DNA of 60,249 nt, counting the filler, from Basidiobolus ranarum (taxonomy: Eukaryota), in the NCBI GenBank assembly GCA_040143965.1. It is 3 parts of 3 records of this genome, joined end to end, with 100 filler letters (N's around TTAATTAATTAA, not from the genome) between each part and the next. Parts side by side here need not be neighbours in the genome. Positions count along the whole stretch, not along the records: positions 20,170 to 40,227 come from JASJQH010000236.1; 2 more parts are not named here. The stretch is one strand, 5' to 3'. The notes under the pieces are model-generated. The model was not told the DNA's origin and made no database searches. It saw only the letters and a list, made by a program, of their open reading frames with translations. The position numbers were made by a program, and so were the translations under genes. How positions within the stretch are numbered: the first letter of the stretch is position 1; the number at the start of each line of letters is the position of its first letter. This document shows, piece by piece, positions 26,807 to 39,419 of this stretch.

Positions 26807-27921
26807 ACCCCCTTTGTCAGTCCCCTTGCTTACGTTTCTACTTGGATATCTATTTTTTTACTGCTATTCTTTTTGTTCATCGCCATAGAATTTGCCCATT
26901 TTTCACTTGAATTTGAGCTAGGGAAGCATAGAGCTCACGGCATTCTTTATTCACTTATTTTTCTTGAAAGCTCTGATAACAAGTTGGGTTGACGACGCTA
27001 GAATTCAACATATGTTTCTCTTTCTGGAGGAAAGAATTGTTTCTTCTGTACTATCGCTAAACCATGTCCACTATCCTTAACGTCTATATATATATATAGT
27101 ATACACTTATATGATAGTTGGAGTATTTGATTTCAGCGGTTAGCCACGAAACAATGCTAATCGTTGCCTTCGCCACTCAAACTGAATATAAATAAACATA
27201 TAGATCTATGAAATTGTTAGATTCAGGAGGTTTTGTGCCTACAAACCATCTTGCAGAACCTTTGCCAACCGGTTGTTCAAGAATGCCCTAACGTAATTCC
27301 AATCCACCCAATCGATTTAGTTCCATTTGAGATAATTACCGATGTTGCGCCATTATTTCATCGCTCTCCAGCAAAGTATGACCTGCATCTAATGATATAA
27401 TAACTGGATTTGCATTTATTTATACAACACATGAGCAGCAAATACATCACGGTGTTCTGCTCATTTTGATGGCAGTCATTAACAAATCACAAGAAACGAG
27501 ATAACATCGAATGGCGAACCGCCACTAACAACTTCATGAAACCTGCCGGTTAATCTCCACCGACTGATCACAGGCGCAAAAATATGCGGTTTGAGTTTGT
27601 TGATAATATATTTGTTAGTGCCTTGCTGACAGAGAAACAACTTTATATCATAGAGCTTGTGTTGTCTAACAGGTTCCCTGAACCAAAATGTGATTTATAT
27701 TACGATTTGCATTGATATATTAGTGATTATTTTTAGAAATCAACCACGAAACCATTTCCTAATTGATTTGATTGCATATAGTTGGATTCATTTTCCTAAA
27801 AATAATCTGGAATTTAAATACAACGGAAAGTAACAGCAGGCCTACAGTGCAACTATTGAGTATCAAGCAAATCATCCACGTTATATAATAGAAGGGATAT
27901 TTTCTAGAAACAGTGGGTATA

Positions 27922-30900
27922 ATGGACAACTTAAACGAGCTGGTTTGGCGCACAAGCAACCCCAAACCCAGCTCGAATTCCAACGGTCAAGGTCGACTAT
28001 CCCCTTCTAGCAGCAATATCGGGAACAATAAATCTGGCACACTTCCATTCAACTCTGCACCACAAGGTGTCTCGCCTCAGAAACAACCTTTTGGCTCCTA
28101 TGCACAAAAAACTTTGAACCCTTCAATAAACACGGCTTCCTCAACTTCTCCTAGGAGTTTCTCACCTAGTAATTCACTTCCACGTAAGCCTCCACTTGAT
28201 AAAGTGGGTAACGACCCGTTTGAAAATCTGGTTAATTTAGGTGGATCCGCGAAAAAGAGCAGTACCGCAGGCCTTTCTTTATAAGAGAAACGTAAGCTTC
28301 AGCTTGAAAAACAAAAAACACAAACTCTTGGTTCTTCTGGTAGAAGTTCTTCTCCTGCAGACCAACACTTCTGGGAGCAATTGGGTAGTAAATCTCCTAA
28401 CTCAACTCCCAAGTCTGTTCCCCTATCGCCTTCTCGGTCTTTTTCGCCATCTCCAGGTAATATTGGCACCAAATCCAATAAGCAATCAAACTCAACGGAT
28501 CCTTTTGATGAGTTGTTAAGTACAAACTCAATAACCTCTGATAAATCAAACCTCTTCCCACCTAAACGTAGTTCACCGTTGTCGTAAGGGCCTTCCTTTT
28601 CTTCATTGAGAATAGTATAGATACTGTTGACACATTATTCAATTTTTCAGGGATTCAAAGCCGGTAGCCGCTAATTCCACTTTGCCTATTGCTGATCCTT
28701 GGAACCTTGATTTTCTTGAAAAAAGTAGTGACAAAGTCAAGAATGAAACTACTGTAAGTAATTTTTGTGAAACTTCAATAATCTTACGGGATTTTCATTA
28801 TGTTATGCTGCATACTACCATTATACTACCCTATAAAGTTGAAACTCATCTTTTTCTAGTCTTTGGTAGATGATGATCCATTTGGTTTAGGCGCTTTCAC
28901 TAACCCATCCACACTATCTTCTGCTCCTTCATCAAGAGTGGATAGACCAACCATTTCAAAACGTGATTCCAACCCTTTGGGTGCTTTGGCCTCCCCGGCT
29001 TTACCTAACATTAAAGTAGAAGAGGATGAGGAATCCTCTAGTGAGGAATTTATGGAGGAAGAGGTAACTGTTCTATGTTAACCTTATCCGACTAGAATAG
29101 TTTAGACATAAGAATAAGGGATTAAACCTTTTGATTACCTAGGATTCTCGGCCTTTTAACAGTAGAGGTAAATCTCCTTCGGTGGATGCCGACTTGGATC
29201 ACCTCATCGCACAAGTCATGGAGATGGGATTCGAACCTGAACAGGCGCGCTCGGCCCTCGAACTCTCCAACAAAGATGTTCAAGCTGCCATCGATATATT
29301 GGTAGAAAATCGAAATGCTGAAGAAGAAATCATTCATGATAAGCGTAAGAATATCCCTTCACTCCCTAGAAAAACCACTAGTGGATCTAGAGATCGCTTC
29401 ACTCACCCTAGTAAAATGAATTGGGAACGTCAAGAATCTGGTGAAGGCTCTGGATTCGATATGGCAAGCTTTCAAGTTCATAAAGAAAAATTCATTTAGA
29501 ATGCTAGTACCATAGGTGCCTCCGTGTTAAGTAAAGCCAATTTCTTCATGAAACAAGCGTCCGAAAAGATCCGTGAAAGTATAGACGATATTCAACAACG
29601 TGCTGAAAACTTTCAAGGTGAAGAGGATAAGTTTAAAACTTCCGGTAAGCCACGTTGGATGCAGAATCGCTCTGAAGAATATAGTTCCGATGAAGATATG
29701 AGCGGAAATCATGGTGAGTATCGTAGACACCAAGATACCTTCATTCGTGATGAAAATTCAGCCTCTCCAAAACAAGAGAGATTCAATCAGGAAGAACTTT
29801 GGGATTCTGCTCATAGAGTTCAATCGCAGGATTCGTTAAAATCTCATCGTGCACCACCTAAGTCGCCGGTTCCCCCAAGAAATCGAACATCGCAGAAGCT
29901 CCCAACTTCTCCCAAGCCTCCTGTTGCGCCTAAACCTAAACGTCCACCTAGACCCGTTGTCTCAGCCACACCCGAACAACTGCAGCAAAGTGATGAACAT
30001 AAAATTGCTGGAAACGATAAATTTAAGCTGGGTCAATTTGGCGGGGCGGAACAGCTGTATAGTGAAGCCATCGCCTCCCTACCAGCAAACCATGATAATT
30101 TGATACTTCTGAATAACAATCGAGCTGCAGCTAGAATTAAGGTTGGAGATTACAATGGTGTTATCAGCGATTGCGATCAAGTAGAGGCGTTACTTCGTGA
30201 TGATTACCTATTTCCATCACCTAGCGATCCATTCAATTTCAAAGATCAACTCATAAAAGCCACTTTACGACGTGCTTCAGCCAACGAATCCAAGGAAAAA
30301 TACGAGGTAGCACAGAAAGATTTCAATAGGATTATTTCAATGGACCCCAACAACAAAACTGGTCTTGAAGGCATTCGTCGGTGCCAAAAAGCTATCAGAA
30401 TGATGAATGGTGAAGTAACGTCAAAGAGCCCTATCTCTTCCAGTATGAATGAGCCCTCAGCTAGTGCTGATTTGTTTACCCTCGAGCAACCTGTAACAGC
30501 CACTGCTCAAGCCTATTCCCCTACATTTGGTGCCCATTTAGATGAGTTTGGGTTTGCCACTATTCCTGCAGCATCTGCTAGTACTTCACGAGTAACTAAG
30601 GAAGATTTGGATAAGAGTGAGGCCGTTTCTCGTCTTCGGGCGCAAGACAGATTTGCCGAGCAGGAAGAGGAAGAAAAATTACGTATCAACGACATGGTCG
30701 AAGACCGTTTGAATCAATGGAAGTCCAACAAAGTAGGAAACCTTCGAGCCATGATCGCTTCGTTAGATTCCATTTTGTGGCAAGAGTTGAATTGGAAACC
30801 TTGTGGCTTACAAGACTTGATTCAACCAAATCAAGTAAAATCCAAATATATGAGAGCCATTGCTAAACTACATCCAGACAAGGTAACCTTTTTTTATATG

Positions 30901-31038
30901 TATTATAAGCATCATCAATACTCACACATTGCTTAGCTTTCTACCAATGAGAGTGTCGAACACAAACTTCTAGCCAGTGGAATTTTCAGCACTTTAAATG
31001 AAGCTTGGGATCAGTTTAAGGCTCAAAATGGGCTATAG
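27922..31038 (+). pseudogene. SWA2: Auxilin-like clathrin-uncoating factor (Swa2/Ucp7 type: DPF motifs, UBA, TPR, J-domain) with two in-frame stop codons; pseudogene status unresolved
   Basis: DPF/DPW motifs, UBA (QVMEMGFEPEQARSAL), TPR (GNDKFKLGQFGGAEQLYSEAI, NRAAARIKVGDY), J-domain (NLRAMIASL...YMRAIAKLHPDK|...TLNEAWDQFK) and 4 canonical introns; TAA at 28282 and TAG at 29497 interrupt otherwise open frames. Confidence 0.75.
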
Positions 31039-31722
31039 TGCAGGGGGATTGGTTGTGACTGTACTTGGTCTGCTGTGCTATATACACCCGACTAGACTTG
31101 GGATTTCTTTTGACCCACCGAGTCTATGCTAGTCTTTCCAAAACAATTCATTTTCTCAAACGCTTCTATTGTCAGCGAAACTGAATCTCTATATCCATCT
31201 CCAATTACACTACAACACTAGCATGTAATGTGGGACTTCTGTGATCTTACGAGTACACTTTATAGTATAAGAGATGTAGCCAACCGAAAATACTTGATCT
31301 AAATGAATATCTCTGTAACTACCCCCACTAATTTGTGCCAAAATGAAACAATCAACCGTGAAATAAAGTAAAGCCAATGGTACTCTATTCACAACCATAA
31401 TTTACTAGTATCTTTGGTCAGACATGAAGAACTCAATGGACACATACGATTGGATACTAAGACAAGATAAAATGCCAACATACTCGATACATCAAGTTAA
31501 GGATGGATTAGAAAGTAAATATCCCCAATCCCAACTCTAAAAATGGAAAATTATCTCCGAATCACTAACGAACATTCTCTGATGACAGTAAACCTCGTAA
31601 CAAAATTCCAACGGCGTAACAGAAAAGTTTCGTTAAATGATCTTCTAGATGAAACACATCTCAGTGATAAATACGGTGAATAGGAAGTGGTGGGTCTTTC
31701 TGTGTATATCGATCTTCTCGAA

Positions 31723-32232
31723 ATGTATTTACATAGATTATCTGGATTCTTACTCATCTTAGTGTCCGTTTGGATGGTATTCAGCAAAAAGCAGTCGCAA
31801 CCATCACCACAACCGCAGCAGCAGCAACAGCAACAGCAACATGTGGCTAGTCCCAGTACCACCGTGGCTACTCTGAATCCCAGTAGCACTATGACCTTAT
31901 CCGGAATCATAGCTACCTTACCTTCAAGTAACTATAGTATATCCATAAGTGTGAATGAAATCTATCTAACGTCAGGTACTTCTAGGCTTCAGTACTGGTC
32001 TCCCAGCACCGATGTACGTGTAAATAATTAAGTAACCCGATCAAACCAACCCCAAACCTTACTAATATACTACCACACTAGGAATCCAGACATAGCGACC
32101 TTGGAGATAACTAATACTAATACTACTACCACCACTACCGGAATATCCAATTCATATTTATTATTACCATTAAGTGGAGTCACTTTTTTATGTTTAGTAG
32201 TATCACTAATATTCACTTTAAACAGTTACTGA
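31723..32232 (+). CDS. Small secreted Ser/Thr-rich, probably GPI-anchored protein with a polyQ tract (3 exons)
   Basis: Signal-like MYLHRLSGFLLILVSVWMVFS and a Q-run; introns ~31928-31985 and ~32014-32080 join to NPDIATLEITNTNTTTTTTGISNSYLLLPLSGVTFLCLVVSLIFTLNSY* (hydrophobic C-tail). Confidence 0.65.
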
Positions 32233-32606
32233 GAAAATGGGATATTAGTGTATGGTGTATTATGTTTAACTAATTTGTATTCTGAATTGATTGAAGTTAT
32301 AATAGAGGTTGATTTAAACTCAAATGATTGAAATGTCGGTTTCTCTCACCTAGTAGAGTAAAAGAGCAGATTGTTAGAAATTTTACGGATACTAATAAAT
32401 GTCGTGGTAAAGTGAAATTTATTGAGTGAAAGTATTCCAAGTAGTATGGTATGGGTATAACTGGATACTACTCGGAAGTTTTGTAGAATGTACTTAAGGG
32501 AATATATGAAAAATGAACGCTTCCTACACTCCAGGTAATAGAGTGAGTAGAGTTTAAAAGAGAAAGGAATCCCTTTAGCATGAGTGAAATAAAGCAAGTA
32601 TTTCGT

Positions 32607-32819
32607 TTAAGAACCAATTATAAGCTTGGCAATGACAGCAACACCAGCAACGATAAAGAAGGGACGAGTATTGTCAGTAACAAAATCTCCAACTTTAGTC
32701 TCCCCTAATTTTTTGAGGTTCTCACTAAGTTTAGTGGTTGGTTGTTGAGCGGATGAAGCATAAAATCTTCTGGGTGCGGCAACGACGGTTCTACGAGTTA
32801 CTTGTGCGAGAATAGACAT
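32607..32819 (-). CDS. 70-aa putative mitochondrial single-pass microprotein
   Basis: Arg/Ala/Thr-rich acid-free presequence ending RRFYASS (R-3-like cleavage motif); C-terminal hydrophobic helix PFFIVAGVAVIAKLII; AAC ATG start context. Confidence 0.65.
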   Translation of the reverse strand: MSILAQVTRRTVVAAPRRFYASSAQQPTTKLSENLKKLGETKVGDFVTDNTRPFFIVAGVAVIAKLIIGS

Positions 32820-34989
32820 GTTGAAGGGAAGGAGATAATTGAATAGATGAATTCTTCAGACGTTATTTCCTCCTTGGCTTTACCTTTTCGTCTATCTCGC
32901 TACCCTGTCTCTAAAAAATTCTTCACTTCTTTTCCTATTGGTTATTTCAATGATGAAATGTAAAATGGGGCATCTTACAATCAATCAAGAATTGGGGGTG
33001 AACTCTAGGTTTCCTTGGTGGGATTCCTATCATCTAAAAATGATCTACATACCTCTTCTAACCTAAGAATCATTCGATACTTTCAATGATTCTTTTATCA
33101 ATGATCAAAGATACTCCAACTAGTATCTGGAAAAGGGTAGAATGTAAGTAACCCATAAATCTTCAAGTATAAATAGTATCCCCAATTTTTAAGCACTGAA
33201 TAAAATTGAAAAGTAAATCAAGTCTAATAGTACTTTTAATTGGTTTCAACATATCCGAGGTTTGTGGAAAAATCATCTACCTTCGTTTGATGAACCTCGA
33301 AATCTCCTCTCAAACACACTCCAGAGCAGTTGATTGATACCCAAGTAGACTTGGATGATGATTAGTCTAAGCACTTTTCTATGAAAATCTTTGGCGGGTG
33401 TATATTACTTACTTTATTACATATTGAAGTTAAAGCCTTGAAAAGCCCAGAAAAGTTGATTATATATAGAGAGCTATACAATGGTGCCAAAAATTACATG
33501 TAACATTCATCACTCATTTTAAATGGTATTTTCTATTCGTAAAAGTTCATTATTCGTTAGATGCTGCAAGCATTTTTACCTCCTCCATACAAGTAATTAG
33601 GTAAATCCTCGTCCAATCTATCTTTAGGCAAAATTCCCAGAAAAATGAGAACTGTGAGATGGTATGTAATGATCCTGAAGTAAGAGTCGACATAAAAATG
33701 TGTCCATATCTCCTCTATACACACATATATACATCGAGAGTGAGATACTGAACATATTTAGTATTCGAAATACCTGACTTCGACCAGTGTCCAAAAGAAA
33801 AAAATACCATAAAAATCATTAGAAGATAGAATTACCAAACTTCCAGTTGTGGAGGTATTTCGGGATTAGTAAGAATCACTTCAAAATATCTTCCCAAAGA
33901 AAATTACGGGTATCCTTCATGTGTAACATCTCTTAATTCATACTGAAGACTCGTATTGATGCCATTGTATATGGTGGTGTAGTGGAAAGTAGCATTACTT
34001 GACCAGAAATCTACATCTTTCATATCTCGGCAATAAATCATCCATAAATCTCAAGTTATTATCGAGAATATTCCCTATTGATGGTGTTGAAACGTCCCAC
34101 GAAACACTGAAGGTTTCAACCTACTACTTGGCGCCAGATTGGGTACAAACGAATTTCTAGTCTATCGTGTTTAAGCATTTCGATGCACAACCGTTTGATG
34201 AATTTACTTCATAGATGGCTTCAAGGAAACCAGAAGATGGTGGAACATCCAATTGAATATATATTAGTATTAGCGAACCGGGGTATCTCATGTAATACAG
34301 TCATGATTGTAGAGCTCTCTATTGTAACACTTGAATATGTATGGGCTAGATTAGGCCGCAGATATTTACTATTCCTACTCAGAAATCAACAATCCTGGGA
34401 TTTCTCAATTAGGCGATTGCTACCTTAGAGAGTAAGCTCAAATATGTAAAATATACCTGCTGAGCAATGCTACACCAATTCGGGAAGTTCGGATTCCGGT
34501 TCTCTACCTCAATGCCAAGATGTGTGCACTTGTAGGACAATACTTCAATAATGGTATCACTATGGATCCTATCAGGTCAGAAGCCAGTGAGCAATCGCTT
34601 TAACTTCCTCTTATCCTAGAAAGGGTAGAAACTCAGAGCATGTAGCCATCTGGATATATCTGCTACACCCACAAACATAACTTTACAACAATGGCTTTGT
34701 CAATAGATGAAGCATATATAGTAATACTGCCTCGTTGAGGTTGACAGCATACGTGTGTAGTTGGTTCTGCACAATAGCTCATTCCCTGATATCTCGGAAA
34801 GTCCTATCGATTAGAGCCGAGTGCTATATCCGTTAGAAAATATGTTATTGAAAAGTTCAACATAGGAAACTATATATATATTAATGACGCTTTTTATTCG
34901 TGTAATGCTCTAATTCTTTCGACTCATAGGCAAGAAATCTGGGCGTGATTGAATGTGTTTAGGTCTGACTGCTAGCAATACATACATAC

Positions 34990-35007
34990 ATATATATATA
35001 TATATAT
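34990..35007. repeat. (TA)n microsatellite
   Basis: Uninterrupted AT/TA run just 3' of the questin-oxidase-like gene; a shorter run lies at ~27085-27098. Confidence 0.8.
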
Positions 35008-35032
35008 GGTAGGATAGTTAGTGAGGAAAGAT

Positions 35033-36436
35033 TCATTTAACTGTCCACCATCCGATCCCATCTACTCCCCATTGATACTCTTTAATCATGCTAACTGTCA
35101 TTTCGGCAGTGTTCCGATAGAGTCCGTGGTTGAACTTGGTTTCTGTCTCGACCCACATCAAAGTTCTAACTAGATTGGGTACCTTTTCATCCTGACTCAA
35201 GAGTACTTGGTGGATGATGGAAGGCCAGGCTTTTAATCGTTCAACTTCCATCTCATCACTCTCGTGACTCTGAATGTGAGGGCGACCTTGAATGATGTAG
35301 AGTGATATCACAGCAAGCCAGTACACTCGTAGTAATCGTGTCTGATCAACAGACGACAAATGTGGAATCAATGAATTAATGGCGCGTGAGGAGGTTAGAA
35401 TATGGCCAAGGAACACGTTTGGTTGATTCTTCCTACATTCTGAAGCGTACATTTGAGTGACAATTCTAGTTAATTCGTGAAGCTTTTCTACAGGATTTAT
35501 ATCTACACCTAAAAAATGGCTTAGAAATCAAATTCAAAGTACCTTAGTTTAACTCTATACTTACCACAGATGACCCAGGCATCAACATATCGTTTTAACA
35601 AGTCTCCCCTTGACTTGACTAGTATCTTGACCTTGTTTTGAAATAGACCCTCGAAAGGCCCGTCAAATCTTTTGTCAGTACGAACCATCTCTAGTATTTG
35701 CTTGCAATCCTGGTTATCCTTGGATGGAGAGGAGGGCTCATCAATGATTTCACCATGTGATAAGTAAGACATGGCTGCATATGCCAGACCTTCAGACGTG
35801 ACTGAAGGATGCTCAAATTCAATGCCGAAACCCAAATGAATAAGAGGATGTAGGGAATTTCCCAGAAGACCAGAAATGAGAATGGATCCATATCTTTGAA
35901 AGGTTTCTAGCAGGCCAAAAGTGCTGATGCACTCATCAAAAAACTTTACGTAGTCAGTATAATACCTAAGAAAATTAAACAACACGATGTTAACTACCAA
36001 TAATTAGATGTATAGGTGACATTCTGAGTAATGAAGAATCCTACTTTTTTTGACCCAGAAAGAGTCTCCAGTTTGCTTCAGTTATGTGAATCTTGGAGGG
36101 AGGAAACCGCTCGAGCTTGGGGCTAGTTTGCTCAAAATACTCAGTCAAACAGGCAGAAGTAGCTACAATGAATCAGTTTTAGATGTAAACTACAGTATCA
36201 GTGACTTGAGAATGCTTACCGCCAAGGGCATATAGAGAGAAAAGATTGTGGGCAATATAATTGGCCAAGTAACCGCCATATTCAATATGGAAGCGGCGAT
36301 GATGCTCGTCCAGCAAGTTAAATAATGTATCTCTGACACACACTTCACTACCGGTAATATTTACATGATAGATACTGGGATCATGAGAAAGGTCTCGTGG
36401 AAGTGTAGTTGTATGAAGGGTCTGGCATGTGATCAT
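35033..36436 (-). CDS. Questin oxidase-like / AflY-HypA family oxidoreductase (4 exons)
   Basis: LLDEHHRRFHI...NYIAHNLFSLYALG, NWRLFLGQK, YTDYVKFF, LHPLIHLGFGIEF...EGLAYAA and FLGHILTSS; splices without stops. Confidence 0.8.
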
Positions 36437-36959
36437 AATGTGTGATCAAAGGATGAGAGTAATGAAGGATTAAGGAGAATATTACAATATGAATGATACA
36501 GGTAGAGAAACAGCGAGCGGTTGCTATATTTATACTGGCTGGGTGATTGAATGCGCATCTTGTGTGGCCGATATGTTCCAGCAAATAAAATCCAAGCCAA
36601 ATTGGTGGGACTTCAAGCTTCACGTTTGACCATTGCATCAAAATGCCACAGCTCCAATCATCGATAAGCTGCATTGGTTGCTAGATGTTGAGACAGGATT
36701 CCTCGGAGGCTGACAATATTATGGAATAATCCATTTATGGAACAGCGAGTTCTGATACTTGGGAAGAGTCTGGCTTTCGTAACGATGATGATTCCGAGTA
36801 TCCAAATTATTCCCACATTGTTTCTTAATCGGCCCCAGTGATTGGTGACTTTTCTCTGACAAAACCACTATAGCACAACTAATGAAACGTATTACAACGA
36901 ACCATCTGATTGATGTCGTTTAGATCCAAACTCGCTTGAGCAGCATCCAATATTCATTA

Positions 36960-37800
36960 GCCATCGTTCCGATTGTGCCTGAGGGTTTCAACCATAATAT
37001 GAACATGACTTGGCTCGGCAAAGAGCTTAAACAATGGAGGCATGGACTGTATGATGTAAGGCCAGCATAGGAAGTCCTGATTGGTTGTGTAAAGCGTAGC
37101 AGTAGCTTCTGACTCCTCGGATTCCAGCAGGAGACTCATGGTGAGATCTCTGCATCATCTGCATACGTGGGGCCAACATAATCCACAATCGCTAGCCTCG
37201 ATAAGAAGTCAACCTCTGGGTTATTCGTGATCCAGCATCTCGCGTCCAACATCACTTGCAGAGAATCTGTGAGGAAGCATGATAGGCGATAAATAGATCG
37301 AGAAGTGAACCCGAGAGACGGATATAACAATCTATAGAATCATTAGTCGCTGGTTTGTTGCGTCCATTTCATTATGCTGCTTTGATTCGGATTTTTAGGG
37401 CAACTCTCGCTAATGTAATTCCAAACAGAAGTACAAGATGCTTTGGTGTCACTATGGTGAATCCCAATACTAACGTAAAAGCCTGCAAATGTAGCCGCCT
37501 CTGTTGCTCAAGACTAGAAGTGCATAGTCATACCATCATTTGATCATCTTGTTGAATCTGGTGGTCACATTGCCAAATAGAGGAATTCAAGTTTTCTGTA
37601 ATAGCGTGGAGGTACCATGGTCATGATGCCATTTTGTTTTCTAAATCAGCTACCAGTGTCTTGAGCCAGGTTCCATCCAAGTATTCTTTGCTACTTGCTT
37701 CGAGATGCGGTATAATAAAGATCACCTGATCGTTGCGGGATCAAAGCCATCAGTACGTATTAGCCAAGGCCACTGAAACGGTAATAGACAATGGTCCCGA
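36960..37800 (-). mobile_element. Possible decayed DIRS-like (tyrosine-recombinase retrotransposon) RT/RNase H fragment
   Basis: Fragments ILGWNL, LDARCWITNNPEVDFLSRL (resembles A..IPG..N..AD.LSR) and GPT...SLLESEESEATAT...QDF..WPY...PP, in the order expected for a DIRS RNase H and downstream domain; many stops. Confidence 0.3.
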
Positions 37801-39239
37801 TATAGCTTAGAAATGTAGGACAGGGTTACTCATTTACACCTAAGCAAACAGGGCATAATATACAATTTGTTTATTTGAGAAATACATTGGAGGAGTTGGT
37901 CCCAGTTGGCCTCTGTTACGTAGGGTATCAACCATCAACATCTCAGCTGAAGTGTATTGATACGATAACAATTTATCGCGGCATTGCACTGGCTGAGATG
38001 TCCTGTATATATGAAGGATCTTGTAGCACCAGGCCGCGCATTTTCATGACCTAGGTGCGTATGTGAATAGGCTCTAATGCTTGAGCCATTTCCATTCCTT
38101 TAGCCAGACTAGCTATAGTGGCAGCATCAGGTAGAACACAGGAACAGTCTATTCTACTTTGCACTGGCCAGTTTCAAAGATACCTGATCAAATATCTTGC
38201 ACCCTGGTCACTGACTCAATGATACATGTTTGTTCTTGGTATTATCATCGTCATTGGTTGTGCTAATGTATTTACGCAGTGCATCCTGCCATGTAGTATC
38301 ACTTGACAGTCTCTCTTTAATCCATCCAGAAATAGGCATGCCATTATAAGATATACTAGACTATCACTGTATTTTGAGAATGTCGAAGTGAGGCCAAGAT
38401 TCTCATATCTCTGCATTATTTCTAGAGTGAATAACTCCAGATCACGTGGACCAAAGTATTCATCACTTTTCCTTTGCATGCCGCGAAGCTGTTCAATATC
38501 AGTTATCGTCATTAGAATGTTACACTAGAGCACCATTATATGAGCCTATTGAGCATAAATACAACTAGTCGACATGCAATAAACTCTTGTCTGTATTTTG
38601 GTTACTGTTGAGTGCAGAACTGTCATGAATAGCTAAAATGGAATCATTTATGTTGATTACATCAGTGATATCTGAAACAATATAATACTCTACCTATCAT
38701 CAGATGCACTCTTATCAATTATTGTTGGATGGACATTATTCCAATCTTCAAACACTCCACTCTCCCGTGTATCATATCCGAGGTAGGTATTGGAGTTTAT
38801 GGTATCATAACTTTTATCTCTATCTTACTGTATCTAACTATTTCATATATCACTCAAAGTTGGTTCATGCTATTTCTTATCCATCTTATCAAGTAGTAGT
38901 CAGTTTGCTGTCAGTCATCCGGATTCAATTGCACCTTAAGTATGACAAAGATATCAGCTGCTCCATGACTTACTGATGTATGAATCCCTAACCCAATAAT
39001 TGTTTCTTTTTTCATAATGAACCATCCATATGCTTGGTACCAACTAATTTCCATTGCTATCAAAGTACTGATTGAGCCAATATGAGCTTGTGGTTTAGTC
39101 TCTCAGTTAAACTAGTTCCTCTATTATTTTCTAGTACGTCCATATGAAAGCAACCTTCTCATTCACTCCTTGAGATTTTCTGGCTGAAACAATATCGACA
39201 TTAAAGTTTAACTCATCAGCCCAATTATTTATGTGGAAA

Positions 39240-39341
39240 TTAGCATTGCCTAAACACCTATACAGTCATAAATAGCCTAGTAGTTAGTGTTGAAGTTAGC
39301 ATTGCCTAAACACCTATATAGTCATATATAGCTTAGTACTT
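39240..39341. repeat. Two-copy tandem repeat, 56-nt period
   Basis: ttagcattgcctaaacacctatacagtcataaatagcctagta at 39240 and ttagcattgcctaaacacctatatagtcatatatagcttagta at 39296. Confidence 0.85.
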
Positions 39342-39419
39342 TGTTATCTTATAATTCACTAAGATATATCCATTATTCTCAAGAGGAACTTACTTACAAT
39401 ATTGACACCAACTTAGAAG

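Noticed and set aside
27922-31038. Genome-wide TAA/TAG=Gln code reassignment
   Set aside because: RFC1, SKP1, TIM23, the cyclin, PTC7 and this gene itself end at TAA/TAG at expected C-termini, and no other gene shows internal TAR codons.
39240-39341. CRISPR-like repeat-spacer array
   Set aside because: Only two imperfect copies in a eukaryotic context with no cas genes.
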